The notes under the pieces are model-generated. The model ran no database searches. It was not told the DNA's origin and saw nothing but the letters and a program-made list of their open reading frames with translations. This document shows positions 14,200 through 26,045 of a stretch of 64,000 bases of DNA, one piece after another (within the stretch, counting starts at the first letter, position 1; every line of letters begins with the position of its first letter). Source of the stretch: Nageia nagi (Eukaryota > Plantae > Pinophyta). The position numbers were made by a program, and so were the translations under genes. Location of the stretch: NCBI GenBank assembly GCA_050084985.1, contig JBITNC010000002.1:22010001-22074000 (forward strand), written 5' to 3'.

Positions 14200-15000
14200 T
14201 TCACTTTCTAAAGCCCATAACATTTTTTATAAGTCTCCAATTGATTTAAATGACATACAATTGAATAGATCTCGAAAAGACCTTTAAAATGAATGGTCAC
14301 ATGACCCCTTTTGAGCAAGTAATGAATCGTTTAAGGCCAAAAATGCAAACAATCCGCATTCATCTACAGTAAAATACAAATCGTTTGCATTTTTTACCTT
14401 AGATGACTCATTACTTACTCAAAAAGGGTCATGTGACCACTCATTTTAAAGGTCTTTTCAAGATCTATCCAATGGTATATCATCTAAATCGATTGGAGAC
14501 CTATAAAAAATGAGCTATAAAATTTGATAAAAATAAACCAATCATGTTTTAAAACCAATAACATCTTTTACAAGTCTCCAATTGATTTGAATGATATACC
14601 ATTAGATAGATGTCAAAAATACCTTTAAAATGAGTGGTCAAATGCAGATGATTATCTCCTACAAAGTTATGGGCTATAGAAATTGATAAAAATAAAGCAG
14701 TCACTTTTTAAAGCCTATAACTTTTTTTAAATGTGTGTATACCACTAGATAGATCTCAAAAAGACCTTTAAATTGAGTGGTCATACGACCTTTTTTGAAC
14801 AAGTAATGAGTCGTCAACGGTAAAAAATGCAGATGATCATCTACAACAAACAATCGTCTATATTTTTAGTCTTTGACAACTCATTACTTGCTCAAAAGGG
14901 GTCGTGTGACAACTCATTTTAAAGGTCTTTTCAAGATTTATCTAATGGTATATCATTTACATCAATTGGAGACCTTTAAAAAAAGTTATGGGCTATAAAA
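14200..15000. repeat. Foldback-like array of long inverted repeats (two hairpins)
   Basis: ~145-bp unit forward at 14211-14355, inverted at 14378-14520, partial forward at 14553-14640, forward at 14710-14836, inverted at 14853-14998. Confidence 0.88.
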
Positions 15001-15001
15001 A

Positions 15002-15216
15002 ATGATGAGCATTTGTAATCTTAAGATGACAAGCGTTTGCTATCTTAAGGCAGCAAGCGTCTGCAATCCTTAGATGATGAGCATTTGCAATTTAGATGAT
15101 GAACGTCTACAATCCTTAGGTGACGAGCATCTGCAATCTTTAGGTGATAAGTGTCTACAATCTTTAGGTGACGAGCATCTACAATCCTTAAGTGATGAAT
15201 GTCTGTAATTCCTTAG
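15002..15216. repeat. 24-bp minisatellite, 9 copies
   Basis: Consensus GTGACGAGCGTCTGCAATCCTTAG with CpG-decay variants. Confidence 0.92.
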
Positions 15217-15574
15217 AAATGTAAAATGATCGTCGAATCAAAGTAGTTTGATTGCTTTACAAGTTGAGAACTTGAAATGTTGGTATATTTAATCGAATCT
15301 CATAAACTTTATATATAGGGTATTATTAGCAATTTCATCGGCAAATAGTAATTTTTTTAAAATTTTCATGATAATTTCTTGCAAAAATATAGAAGGTATA
15401 GGTGGCTATTTACTCTTATCTTTATAAAAAAATATATAAAATATTGACAAGCCAACCATAATTTTTTTTATTCTTGTAAAATTCGAGCTAAATGGTGCAA
15501 TATTCGAAATCTAGATATTCAAAATATTTAAATATAAAAAAATCCTATATTAGCCAATTAACAAATATTAACTG

Positions 15575-16000
15575 CTATGCATAACATTGGATGTGATCAA
15601 TTGTTGAATGTTTGCTTCTAAAATTGGCTTGTCCTTTAGCTCTTAAGTTATTGTCATCAAACCAAATGCTAATTTTTATTTTCTATAATACTACCATAAA
15701 GTTTGGCAAGTATATGACTTAACATAATAGTTCTAAAATTTGACGAGTTGCTTTCTCTCCAATTTTGTAAATAGGAACAATTGAGCTAACAATTCATTGC
15801 TTAAGAAAAACTTCTTTAAGAGAAGTGTTGAAAATGGTTTGAATATAGGGCCAAGGATAGAGCTATCAATATTCAAAAACTTTGCTTGATATTTTTCTAT
15901 CTTTGGCCTTCCTATTCGATAATCTTTTACCTTCCTATTTAATAATCTTTTAATTCCATTCTTAATATTATTTATAGAGAAAGCATTCTTTTGATTGAAA
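15575..16000 (-). mobile_element. Second LINE RT fragment (N-terminal RT subdomains)
   Basis: Minus-strand translation: IVSSIVPIYKIG..SNFRTIMLSHILAKLYGSIIE...LRAKGQANFRSKHSTIDHI. Confidence 0.75.
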
Positions 16001-16578
16001 GGAAGTGCTAACTCTTGATACTTGAAAATATTCTTGTAAATTTAAAAAAGAGCTATACATTTTTGGGATAGCAATTCCAACTCTTTAGTTTAATTTGAGG
16101 TTCAACTACAATTTTTCTAGGTAAAATCATTTTTCAAAACTTTTGAATTATGTTTGCATAGGTTTAAATGTTTTTTTTATTGTTGATTTAAAAATAATCA
16201 TTTCTTATTTTTAACTAAATTTTGATATATTTTCTTTCTTATGATTTATTTAATTATCTAGAGCAATTTTAATATTTTTTCTAGCAATTTTACATTCCAT
16301 GTCATACCATCTATTTATTTTTCTATTATTATATGTGATAGATTTTTTACAAGAATGTTTGATGATGCAAGTAGTTAATTTTCAACTACAATTATTATAC
16401 AAATTAATAATTGAAGATAGAATTTTAGAGGATGAGTAAAAAGCATCTTGAAGATCCTTTTGGACGGCATGCTACTCATTATGATTGAAGACAATCTTTG
16501 TAGCTTTAATCATGTTGCAATTAAAGTTGTTTGTATGTAAAAAATATATTTGGAATGTTAAAAAGATAGATCAACGGT

Positions 16579-16794
16579 CAAAGTTAGATTCATGATCTAT
16601 CCAAATTAAATCAAAAATTTGTTTAATAAGAGATATTGAAAGGATAATCTAGTCTATGATACTATCACCATTTTTACGAATATAAGCAAAGTTAGATTTA
16701 TGATCTATCCAAATTAAATCAAAAATTTGTTTAATAAGAGATATTGAAAGGATAATATCGTCTATGATGCTATCACCATTTTTATGAATATAAG
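16579..16794. repeat. 108-bp tandem duplication (2 copies, ~95% identical)
   Basis: CAAAGTTAGATT...GAATATAAG at 16579-16686 and 16687-16794. Confidence 0.92.
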
Positions 16795-17591
16795 TAAATT
16801 TATACGTACACTTGAATTCATTCATTTTAGACAAAAAAATGATTGAGAATAAAACAATTTTGTTTATCTAATGGCAGAGATTTGATACATATAGATTGAT
16901 TATAATTTTGCTAGTGATGCCATACCTATTTGAAGAGCCCTCCTACCATTCATTTACAACATGTGAGATCATTCACTTCAATTATGCTATTGCTTAAAGA
17001 CCTTAACAATCCACCTTTATTCTTGTAGATTAATATTATTATTATTTTTGCTTCAATATTGTTTTCTATGGAATTCTTTTAGTAATCTATTCTTTAAAAA
17101 TCTTGCAAAATTCATCAATTTTAAATGCATCACTTCCCAACATTTCATGTAAAGACTTTAACCATTGAGGTTACTTTGTAACAGATTCCATGCTTCCCAA
17201 CCCTTGTGTATACCAATTCTAAGACAACAAAGACTGGAAGGCACATCTTGTATTTTGTGTATACCAATTCTTGTTTCTTGCATACCATGAAATATGACTT
17301 GAAATAAGCATATATTTCAAGTTATGGTTGTCAAGGAAGTATAAACGATCGATAATTTGTTAGAACAATGCTATTCATAATCAACAAAAAATGCAACAGA
17401 AAATTACACACAAAAATGTAAGAATTTTGAAAACTGTACTCGTCATGCAGTACTTAATTGAAGAAGCTGAACAGATGGCACAGTTGCTTGACAAACATGT
17501 CGAGGATACTTTCAAAATGATCACCATCAAGCATTATGACTGGTGTTTGATTTGCCTTCCTGAAAGTGGTGACATTTATTTACATTTTTTA

Positions 17592-18066
17592 CTGTAATCT
17601 CTAACGATGTTTAAATGAGGAAAAAAAACAACCATTAAAATCTACTTCCATCATGCAACTACTCTAATCACCAATAGGTGGTACCTCAAATGCTTTGACT
17701 ATCATAATGATGATTCTTACAAATCCTTTGCCTCTTCATTGGACCCTTGAGGACTGCAGATATCCATCTATGCCAAACAAACAGATCAGCTTCCCTTCCC
17801 TAAATAGTAAAATTGTTATTTGTGAAATCAAGAACATCAAATGCACAGTGAACAGATGGATTTTTACCTTTACAAAGAATTCTCTCCCTCCCATCCTAAT
17901 TCGTTAAAATCTTTTACAAATATACTCTATCTTTCTGGGCAGGGCATCGTGAAATTTAAGCAAGGTGTATATAAACCTGCAATTACAGTATTAAGGCTTT
18001 AAGGCAAAAAACAGTTTATTTTGACGATGAAATAGCTGGATAACCCATCAACAAGAACCTACTCAC
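17592..18066 (-). other. Three predicted GT-AG introns in the PPR 3' UTR
   Basis: AG|GTGAGT at 18066 to TGCAG|GT at 17977 (90 nt); AAG|GTAAAA at 17867 to CTGCAG at 17754 (114 nt); GAG|GTACCA at 17684 to TTACAG at 17592 (93 nt). U-rich tracts precede the acceptors. Confidence 0.55.
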
Positions 18067-18155
18067 CTTATTAATGCATAATCAACTGATACATCCTCAT
18101 CATTCAGATGTCAATAGAATGATGCCCATTCTATGGTTTTTCTTTTAGGTGAGCA

Positions 18156-20273
18156 TCATACGAAATGCCCTTCAGTGTCTGGGACAAAACCCTTCTCGAT
18201 CATTTCCTCACGAACCATATTGTATGTGACATGATTAGGAACCATGCCCCTTTCAAGCATCTCATTCAAAAGTTTATTTGCATCCTGCATTCTTCCTTTT
18301 CTGCATAGTCCTTTCACAAGTATATTATATGTTGCAACATTAGGCCATCGCCCTCTTTTTTCCATCCTCTCACGCAGGCTGAAAGCATCATCCAGGTTGC
18401 CTTCCTCGCAGAAACCATTCATTATAGTATTGTATGTCACATGGTTGGGAGCTAATCCGAATTCAAACATCTCATCCAAGAGCTTGACGGCCTTTGAAGT
18501 TTTGCCTTGTTGACAAACGCCATTGATTAATATATTATAGGTAATGACATTAGCTAAAACATTTGTTTGTGCCATTTCCTCGAGGAGTTGAGAAGCCTCT
18601 TTCATCTTTCCATTTTTACAAAATCCGTTGATAAGAGCATTGTACGTGGACACCTCGGGCAGCATACCTTTGTTCATCATAGCTTCCCGAATCCGGAAAG
18701 CCTCTTGCATTTCCCCCTTTTTGCAATATCCATTAATCAGTGTGTTGTAAGTCACACAGTTTGGAATGAGACTTTTTTCTGCGATTTCATCCAATAGCTC
18801 CTCTGCTTTTATTGTATGCCCTTGTTTACAGAGGCCATTAATGAGTGCATTATAAGTAACAATACTAGGCAACACACAATTTCTCTGCATCTCAGCATGC
18901 AGTTCAAAAGCTTCCTCAACCTTATCCTCAACGCACAGTCCACATATTAGAGCATTGTAAGTGACTACATTAGGTGAAAGATTCTTCTCCTTCATTTTTT
19001 CTAGCATCTTGAATGCAGCAGCCATATTTCCCTCCTTGCAGTATCCATCTATAAGAGTATTATAAGTAACTTCCGTAGGAGACAATCTCTTCTCCAACAT
19101 GTCATTAAGAAGCTCTTGTGCTTTATACATTTTCCCAGCAAAACCTTTCTTGCAGTAACCATCAATAAGTGTATTATAAGTAACCACATCCGGCAAGCAA
19201 CCCCTCAATTGTATATCTGTTATCATATCAGTAGCTCTCTGCAACTTTCCTTCCATGCAGAGTGCACGAATCACAATATTAAATGTTTTAACATTCTGAA
19301 GAATCCTTCCCCTAATCATTGGTTTGTAGATCTTGTACACCATTTTTGTCTGTCTTGATTTCACTAAACCATTCAAAACAGCATTGCAAGAGACAATTGA
19401 TGGTCTAATCCTATAGGCAAGTGATCTCTTGATAGTCTCCACAGCCTCTTGGAGCATCGCACTTTCAACATAGACAGTTAGAAGTATATCCACAATCAGT
19501 GGCTTAATGGGGTATCCATTATGGGTGTTGACAAGTGTATGGAATAATGCAGAATTTGAATGGTTATCCCTTTGAGTAATGTGTTGCAAATGAATTTTAA
19601 TATCCTTGTATCTCTTAGCCCTCGCCAATATATGTAAAAGGGTACAACATGATTCTATAGTCTGTTGGTCTTGTCCTGCCCTGTTGAAGTACATGAGTGC
19701 TAATTTGGCATCCACCTTCCAACCTAGTAGCATTTGAAGAAACTGAAATGGGGAGCATCCTTTTAAGGCCAAGTCTAGGTCTTCCCATTGTTGATTTTCA
19801 ATGAAAGAGCATGCTTTCTTTAACAATTCTTCTGAACCGTGAGGGCAAACATGAGCAGAATCTTTGGGATTTTGAGGGGTCTGATTCGTGCAACATAAAC
19901 GCCTAATAAATGCATGGTTTAGACAAAACCCAATAGAAGAAAGCGTGTGTACTTTCTGGCATTTCGAAGGCAGTGGCTTGCTCAAGGACAAGGATTGACC
20001 AAATAAAAAAGGATTGAAACAATTTTTGTGTAACTTCAATTTTTTGTGGGTAGGGCTGAAATTTAGGTCAAAACCGGTAGAACTACAAGGGTTCCATTGA
20101 TTTTGTAAAATTTTCAAATGGTGCTTGCAATCGTCAGTTTCTGAACAAGGTAAAGTTGGGTTTTGAGATTGAAAGGACTTACTGGTATAGTTGTTGGAGC
20201 TGCTGCAGCTATGTATGAATATGGATTGTTGACCCTGATTGAAGATGATCACCCTTCTCTTGATTGCTTCCAT
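18156..20273 (-). CDS. P-class pentatricopeptide repeat (PPR) protein, ~705 aa, At1g09820-like
   Basis: Single uninterrupted ORF with 11 clear tandem 35-aa P motifs (VTYNTLIDGYCKxG type) plus degenerate ones; no E/DYW domain. The GKMYKA insertion in one motif and the C-terminus EEMIEKGFVPDTEGH match At1g09820 as I recall it. First ATG at 20273 (the ORF track starts at an upstream GTG). Confidence 0.95.
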   Translation of the reverse strand: MEAIKRRVIIFNQGQQSIFIHSCSSSNNYTSKSFQSQNPTLPCSETDDCKHHLKILQNQWNPCSSTGFDLNFSPTHKKLKLHKNCFNPFLFGQSLSLSKPLPSKCQKVHTLSSIGFCLNHAFIRRLCCTNQTPQNPKDSAHVCPHGSEELLKKACSFIENQQWEDLDLALKGCSPFQFLQMLLGWKVDAKLALMYFNRAGQDQQTIESCCTLLHILARAKRYKDIKIHLQHITQRDNHSNSALFHTLVNTHNGYPIKPLIVDILLTVYVESAMLQEAVETIKRSLAYRIRPSIVSCNAVLNGLVKSRQTKMVYKIYKPMIRGRILQNVKTFNIVIRALCMEGKLQRATDMITDIQLRGCLPDVVTYNTLIDGYCKKGFAGKMYKAQELLNDMLEKRLSPTEVTYNTLIDGYCKEGNMAAAFKMLEKMKEKNLSPNVVTYNALICGLCVEDKVEEAFELHAEMQRNCVLPSIVTYNALINGLCKQGHTIKAEELLDEIAEKSLIPNCVTYNTLINGYCKKGEMQEAFRIREAMMNKGMLPEVSTYNALINGFCKNGKMKEASQLLEEMAQTNVLANVITYNILINGVCQQGKTSKAVKLLDEMFEFGLAPNHVTYNTIMNGFCEEGNLDDAFSLRERMEKRGRWPNVATYNILVKGLCRKGRMQDANKLLNEMLERGMVPNHVTYNMVREEMIEKGFVPDTEGHFV

Positions 20274-21283
20274 CGCATTTGACACTCAAATCTTTGAGCA
20301 ACTGAGAAAAATACTCAGCATTCTCAGATAGGAGCAACCAGACGTCTCTGGTGCTAAACAAGTAGGAAAAACAGGGGTTCAGTTTTACAAAGATTTTAGG
20401 GAGCTAGGAGTGAAGTAAGCAGATCTCCATTGAAGTCCATGTAAAGCCGAAACATAACCTCTATCAAGGCAAAAATCAAAGTTTACTAACCTACTCAAAT
20501 AATACTACAAACTATCAAAATAAAGCTCAAGTTGTTTAAAGTTTTAAAGCTCACGTTGTTTAAATTTTTGGTTTTTGTTAACCTCAAATCTTTGGATGGG
20601 TGTCTTACATAAGATGGTTAGTTTTCTAAAGATAAATGTAGTTTTTGGTTTTACAAGAAATTATAGTTGAAGGAAAAATTTTAATTTTATATATTGATTT
20701 TAAGTTATGATATTATTCACTAAATATGGATCTCATTTATTTAAAAAATTTATCAAAACAAATATTAATAATAAATATTATAAAATATGAAACAATACAA
20801 CAAATTCATTTATTTTACATGTTTTGATTTCATCAAAAAATATTGTACTAATTTATCTAAATTTTAAATTATTTAATAGTTTTTAAAACTATTGTAGGGT
20901 CTTTGTTGGTTAATATGTAATTAAGATACTTCTTGATTATAGTTTTGTATATTATATTTTTTAAGATATTTAAAATGAAAGTTAAAGTATGTCATCAATT
21001 TTGGTAGAAGGGGAATTTATTTGACTATGTTTGATTCTTTAATAGTTTCAAATCTTTAAGTAGAGTATTTGAAACCAAAGCATAGGTGTATAAGAATAAG
21101 GTGTTCAACTTCTTTAAATGTATTTTAGATAATGTTTATTCTTCATACACATGTTAAGATGATCTTGATTAAAAAATATTTAATTTTTGAGATGGAAAAT
21201 TAATATTATAGTAATTTTATAACTAATGAAACCTAGGATGAAGATGTCCATCCAAGCTATGAAGTTAAATTAGAAAAGTTTAT

Positions 21284-21449
21284 TTAACTATCTTAGATAT
21301 TTTAGATATATATTTGAAAATATCGAGAGGTAACATTCTTAAGGTGCCTATTTTAGAAATCATTTTTCCAAAAAAAAGGAAATAGATACCTCGAAATAAA
21401 TGTCTCTTTAATATTTTAGATATATATCTAAAATATCTAAGCTAGTTAA
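21284..21449. mobile_element. MITE-like AT-rich inverted repeat ~1 kb upstream of the PPR gene
   Basis: Arm TTAACTATCTTAGATATTTTAGATATATAT... pairs with ...ATATATATCTAAAATATCTAAGCTAGTTAA; ~70-bp arms, short spacer. Confidence 0.65.
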
Positions 21450-23423
21450 TATAATATTTAAATTATCATAAATTCTTATTAAGTTTCTTATGTAACATAT
21501 TTGTTAAGATAATTATTTTCATAAAAATAAAAAATAAACTAACAATTATCATTTTGTTAATAGGTAAACTATATTAACAAAAAAAACGGTGGGTTTAGGT
21601 TTCATACGAAAAAGGCTACCCAGTTATTATCTATAAGTAGCTACATCTTGATTCAGATACCATAGAAACACTACCAAAATATGACTTTCCATCCAGATAC
21701 ATATTACAAAATAGAATTGTATATATTGGACTATTGCCTAATACTTTCAATAAACTATCTAATTATTATCCTAATACAACTAATAACATCATATCTTCTT
21801 TTTCTTGTTCATGCCCTTCTTCTGAATGCCTTGTTCCATTGTTTCCTTTACAATCCTTCCTTGTTTGTTCCTTTTGGCCATAAAGAACTGCTCTCTTTCA
21901 AACCTTGAAAAGGATTGGTCCATTGTGGCATATAAGGTCTTGTCCTTAACCCATGCTGTGGGGGTAGCATCAGTAATCATAGGCTGCTTTAATTGTTCTA
22001 GGGTGGTAATTGAATCCTAAGACACATAGGCTGCTTAGGTCTCCTTCTTTGATCTTTGTTTGCCAAATGAAAAATAAAAGGGAGAGTAAAAATTTAAACA
22101 AAATACACAAATTAGAGCTATCAATAGTGGTACAATGGTGTTTCCTTGGCCCTTCAATTTGCCTTTATATGTGCATTGAAGCTATATCATATGTTATTTA
22201 ACACCAAATTAATTTATGTTTGCTTCTATTTGGTTGATAAGTGCATTGAAGCTAGATGTATTGATTGATGTAGTATGATGATTTTAGATAATAGTTTATA
22301 TCATTTTTTAATAATTTATAATCATTGATTTATATAAATTGAATTAAGACATAAATTTTTTTGAATTCTATTTGGATCAAGAATTAACCTCTTGGAAAAT
22401 TCCAAAAAATTAATGTGAAGTAAAACCTTCTCATCACACATGCATTATTCGAACTCAACTATGCTTGATTTTTATATGTTTATTGAATTATTTTTGATGT
22501 TATGCCATAATTGGACTATAGACAATATGAAGTTTAAATTGATAATATATCTAAACTCAATGACCAAGGATTAGGGTTTTTTTAGCTAATTTTTGTGCTT
22601 TTCCCTTTATTTAAATTAACATTGATATTTAGTTTCTTATCACATACCAAATTATGTCCTTTAGGTGTTTAACTAAAAGCAAAGATTGATTAGATTTATT
22701 AAAGGATGCTTGTTTTAGTCTCCTTTCAATAAAATATCAATAGTAATAAATCTTATGTTCAATGATGATGTTGAGAAATACTGTTTTATACATGATGTAA
22801 TTGTTGTGATGTGTCTAAACATTCAAACTCTTGATTGGTGAGTCCTAGACTTATGAACAAAATGGTTAAACTTGTCTATTTTCATTCCTTCTATCAAAAT
22901 GCACTAGATAGGTGTGTTTAGGACCCAAAACATATTACTCCTTGTATTTTAAAATATATAAACAAAAAAATATTTATTTGAGTATCTTTGATATGACAAT
23001 ATAAGTTATTGCATACATTGAAAATAAAAATTCAACATAAAATCCTAGTGGGTATGATAAAGGACTAATGGGTGGAAATCAAGACTAAGAATGATTGATT
23101 CTCAGTTTGATCTTGATGGGTGATGATCAAGATCCCTATAGAATGATGATTCTATGCTTTAAAAGGCTCAAGAGTAATTATTTCAGATCTACAAAACTTA
23201 AGGATCATGAAATAGGGAAAATGTTAATGGTTAACCCATAGCCAAATGGCTAAAATTCAAGATTTTTAATTTTGGATTTGGTTATTAAGGCAGGTTTTGC
23301 TTATGACATGTGCATCTAAATTTTATTTATTTTTTTGGGAAAATAGCCAGCATTTAGAATAATTTTGGCCTGTTATACACCTTAAAATTATAAAATAAAA
23401 AAGTATCACCCACATAGTTGCCT

Positions 23424-23443
23424 TATATATATATAATATATAT

Positions 23444-23497
<54 letters not shown>
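23424..23497. repeat. (TA)n microsatellite
   Basis: Long TA run with two interruptions. Confidence 0.95.
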
Positions 23498-23504
<7 letters not shown>

Positions 23505-25829
23505 TAGGCAACTATGCTTTATTATCCTTGTCATGTTCAATCAAACAATTGATGTTTTCATGGTGTACTTGTACGGATCAACCTAAAACTAATGATGAAT
23601 ATTTAATTTCATTGAGCATGAAGGGAATTTAAAATTTGTGGGAATGCTTATAAAACCATCCATCGAGTTTCATCTTTCATACAATCAACTATGCTTGAAC
23701 TATCTCTATGTGCTCAATTCTTTCAATTTGATATTTAAAAATATTGGGCATAACATCTAAATTAAATATCTAGAACTAAATATTTGAAATTAGAAAATAT
23801 CATCTTTTAACATTAAAAATTACTTTGTATTTTATTGTTATTATCATTTTACATAAGGAGAAGAACCATAATATAAATAACCAAAATATACAATCAAAGG
23901 AATCATTCGATATAAACTTGAATATATTCGCCTTATATTTATATTTTTTAGTCCCTTTTCTAACAAGGGTAACAAGTTTCAAAATTGATCACCCCATTTT
24001 CAAATAGGTTTCAAGATTGACCACCTTCATATTAAAAGATATTTTTTAAGGGGGAATCTTAAAATTTTCCCTATCATGAAATCACCATGATAGTACTTGC
24101 TTGCAACTTGACCAAAAATGGCCTATTTAGGTTTAATTTATAGACCATGATTGGATTGAAACTGTCCAAATTTGAATTTAATCAAAAATATTTTTATTTT
24201 TTGATTAAATTTGATTGTAGATAAATTAGAAACTGATTTGGGACAAATTGGACTTATTTCCATTTATTCATACAATTTTTATTTAAATTACTTCAACAAA
24301 ATATTCAAAATTTGATTACTCATCAAAGATTCCACTTATCAGAATAAATCTTAAAAAAATTCTTCACACGAATTAAAATAACTCTCATAGTTACTTTCCT
24401 TATAACAAAATTGAAAATCTGAATCGAAGAATATCTTTAAAAAAAATCATAAATCAAATATTAAAATTAGTCAAAATCAAATCGAATATCACTAAAAATA
24501 CCAGTTCTCTCAATATCAAAATTTTACCTTTATTTAGCTTATTAATGCCGATAAACGTTCCTATAACTCTAACGGAGATGGAGTGGAGAACCAAAATATC
24601 GTATATGAATCCATCTATTAAGATTTTAATATTTTAAAAAATTGAATCAACTTTATTATTTAAAAAAAATAGATTATCAATATCAAATATATATATATAT
24701 AAATAAATAAATAAATAAAAATAAAAATACATCTCTGACATTTTTTTTAATATAATATATAGAAAAGTATATCAAAACTAATTAACCTTATTTAAAAATT
24801 GCAAGTACTTCCGGACTCATTTGCTTGTATGGATTTGGATTTAAATTGATTAATCAAGTTCTTTTCAAGGCTTACAACTTGTCCAAATATAGTAGCTTAG
24901 TTTATTATTTTTCCCTTATTATAGGGCACGTGGGTTTTAATTATCCATGTATAATCCGCATTTAACTTAAGAAGAGGGTCAACTTAATAAAGTATTAGGC
25001 TATGAACAATCTTTGTGGGTGGAGTATCCATATAATTTAAGATTCCAAAGTGCTACGTACGATTTACATATGTCAATTTCCCCTCCAAAGAAGGAATAAG
25101 CTTGGCCTCTTTGGATTTAATTAAGAACTCAAATGCATATAGTATGTTTATTTTTATATAAAAAGGAGCCATCATATTCTTCACTGGTGCTCTTAGTTTC
25201 TTCCTCTTAGTTTCTTCCTACTAACATGGTTTATGGTGTGTACATGGAATCTTTACACACTTATTCAAGGCAAGCAACATTTATACCCTAGTACATTGAA
25301 ACTTATGTTACTAAAATAAATTAGATATTTGTTAATATCGCCATGTAAAAATGCTTACGAGGAATAGAATTAACTTTATTAATATGCAACCAAAAAAAAT
25401 AAATAAATGATGTAATAAAAAAAAATTAGGTTGTTTTTTTAAAAAAAAAAAAAAAAAAATGGAAACAAGAATATAAAATTATATGTAAGAAAAAAATTAT
25501 TTCTTATCTAGTGCAAATGGACTTATAAAACCTGTTTGATTCTTAACCATGCATTTAGCAAGGAATGTATAATAATATTTGAATAATACTTTTCAATTTA
25601 TAAGGATTGGACACTAAACTTTTGAAATTTTGTTTTATTTTTATTATCTATTATTTATAAAATGATTGGAAATTTTATATTTGACCTTGTTTAAAAAGGG
25701 TTTGTTTTTATAAATGAAGATTCCTTGATAGAATTTAGAATATATTATGTCAAAAAAAAAATTTAAAAAGTATTTTCAATAATAGAAAATATCATATACT
25801 ATTGAATAATAAAAAAATGAGGTTCTCAA

Positions 25830-26045
25830 GGGGACAACACATTGGTTGAGGCTTTGATTGATCTTAGGGAGGTCCCAAGTTTGAATCTCATTAGGTATTC
25901 TATTATGTCGTACCAAGGATACAATTTAGCTATGGTCGAGCTTTCCTCCATAATCACTAGGTGGATGGAGGAGCTATTAAAAAGTTTACCCTACAAGCAG
26001 TCATGAGGGGGTTCCTAGAACATTTTACCTCATGATTACATTTTA
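25830..26045 (+). mobile_element. Putative tRNA-derived SINE remnant
   Basis: A-box-like TTGGTTGAGG followed by GGGAGGTCCCAAGTTTGAATCTC (B-box GTTCGAATC with C>T); GC-richer than flanks. Confidence 0.4.

Noticed and set aside
18085-18115. Box C-like ATGATGA in the PPR 3' UTR (snoRNA?)
   Set aside because: No suitably placed CTGA box D or terminal stem.
18244-19358. Plus-strand ORFs overlapping the PPR gene
   Set aside because: Antisense shadows of the PPR CDS with no recognisable motifs.
25830-25900. Possible tRNA gene
   Set aside because: Only degenerate A/B boxes, no cloverleaf; treated as a SINE remnant.
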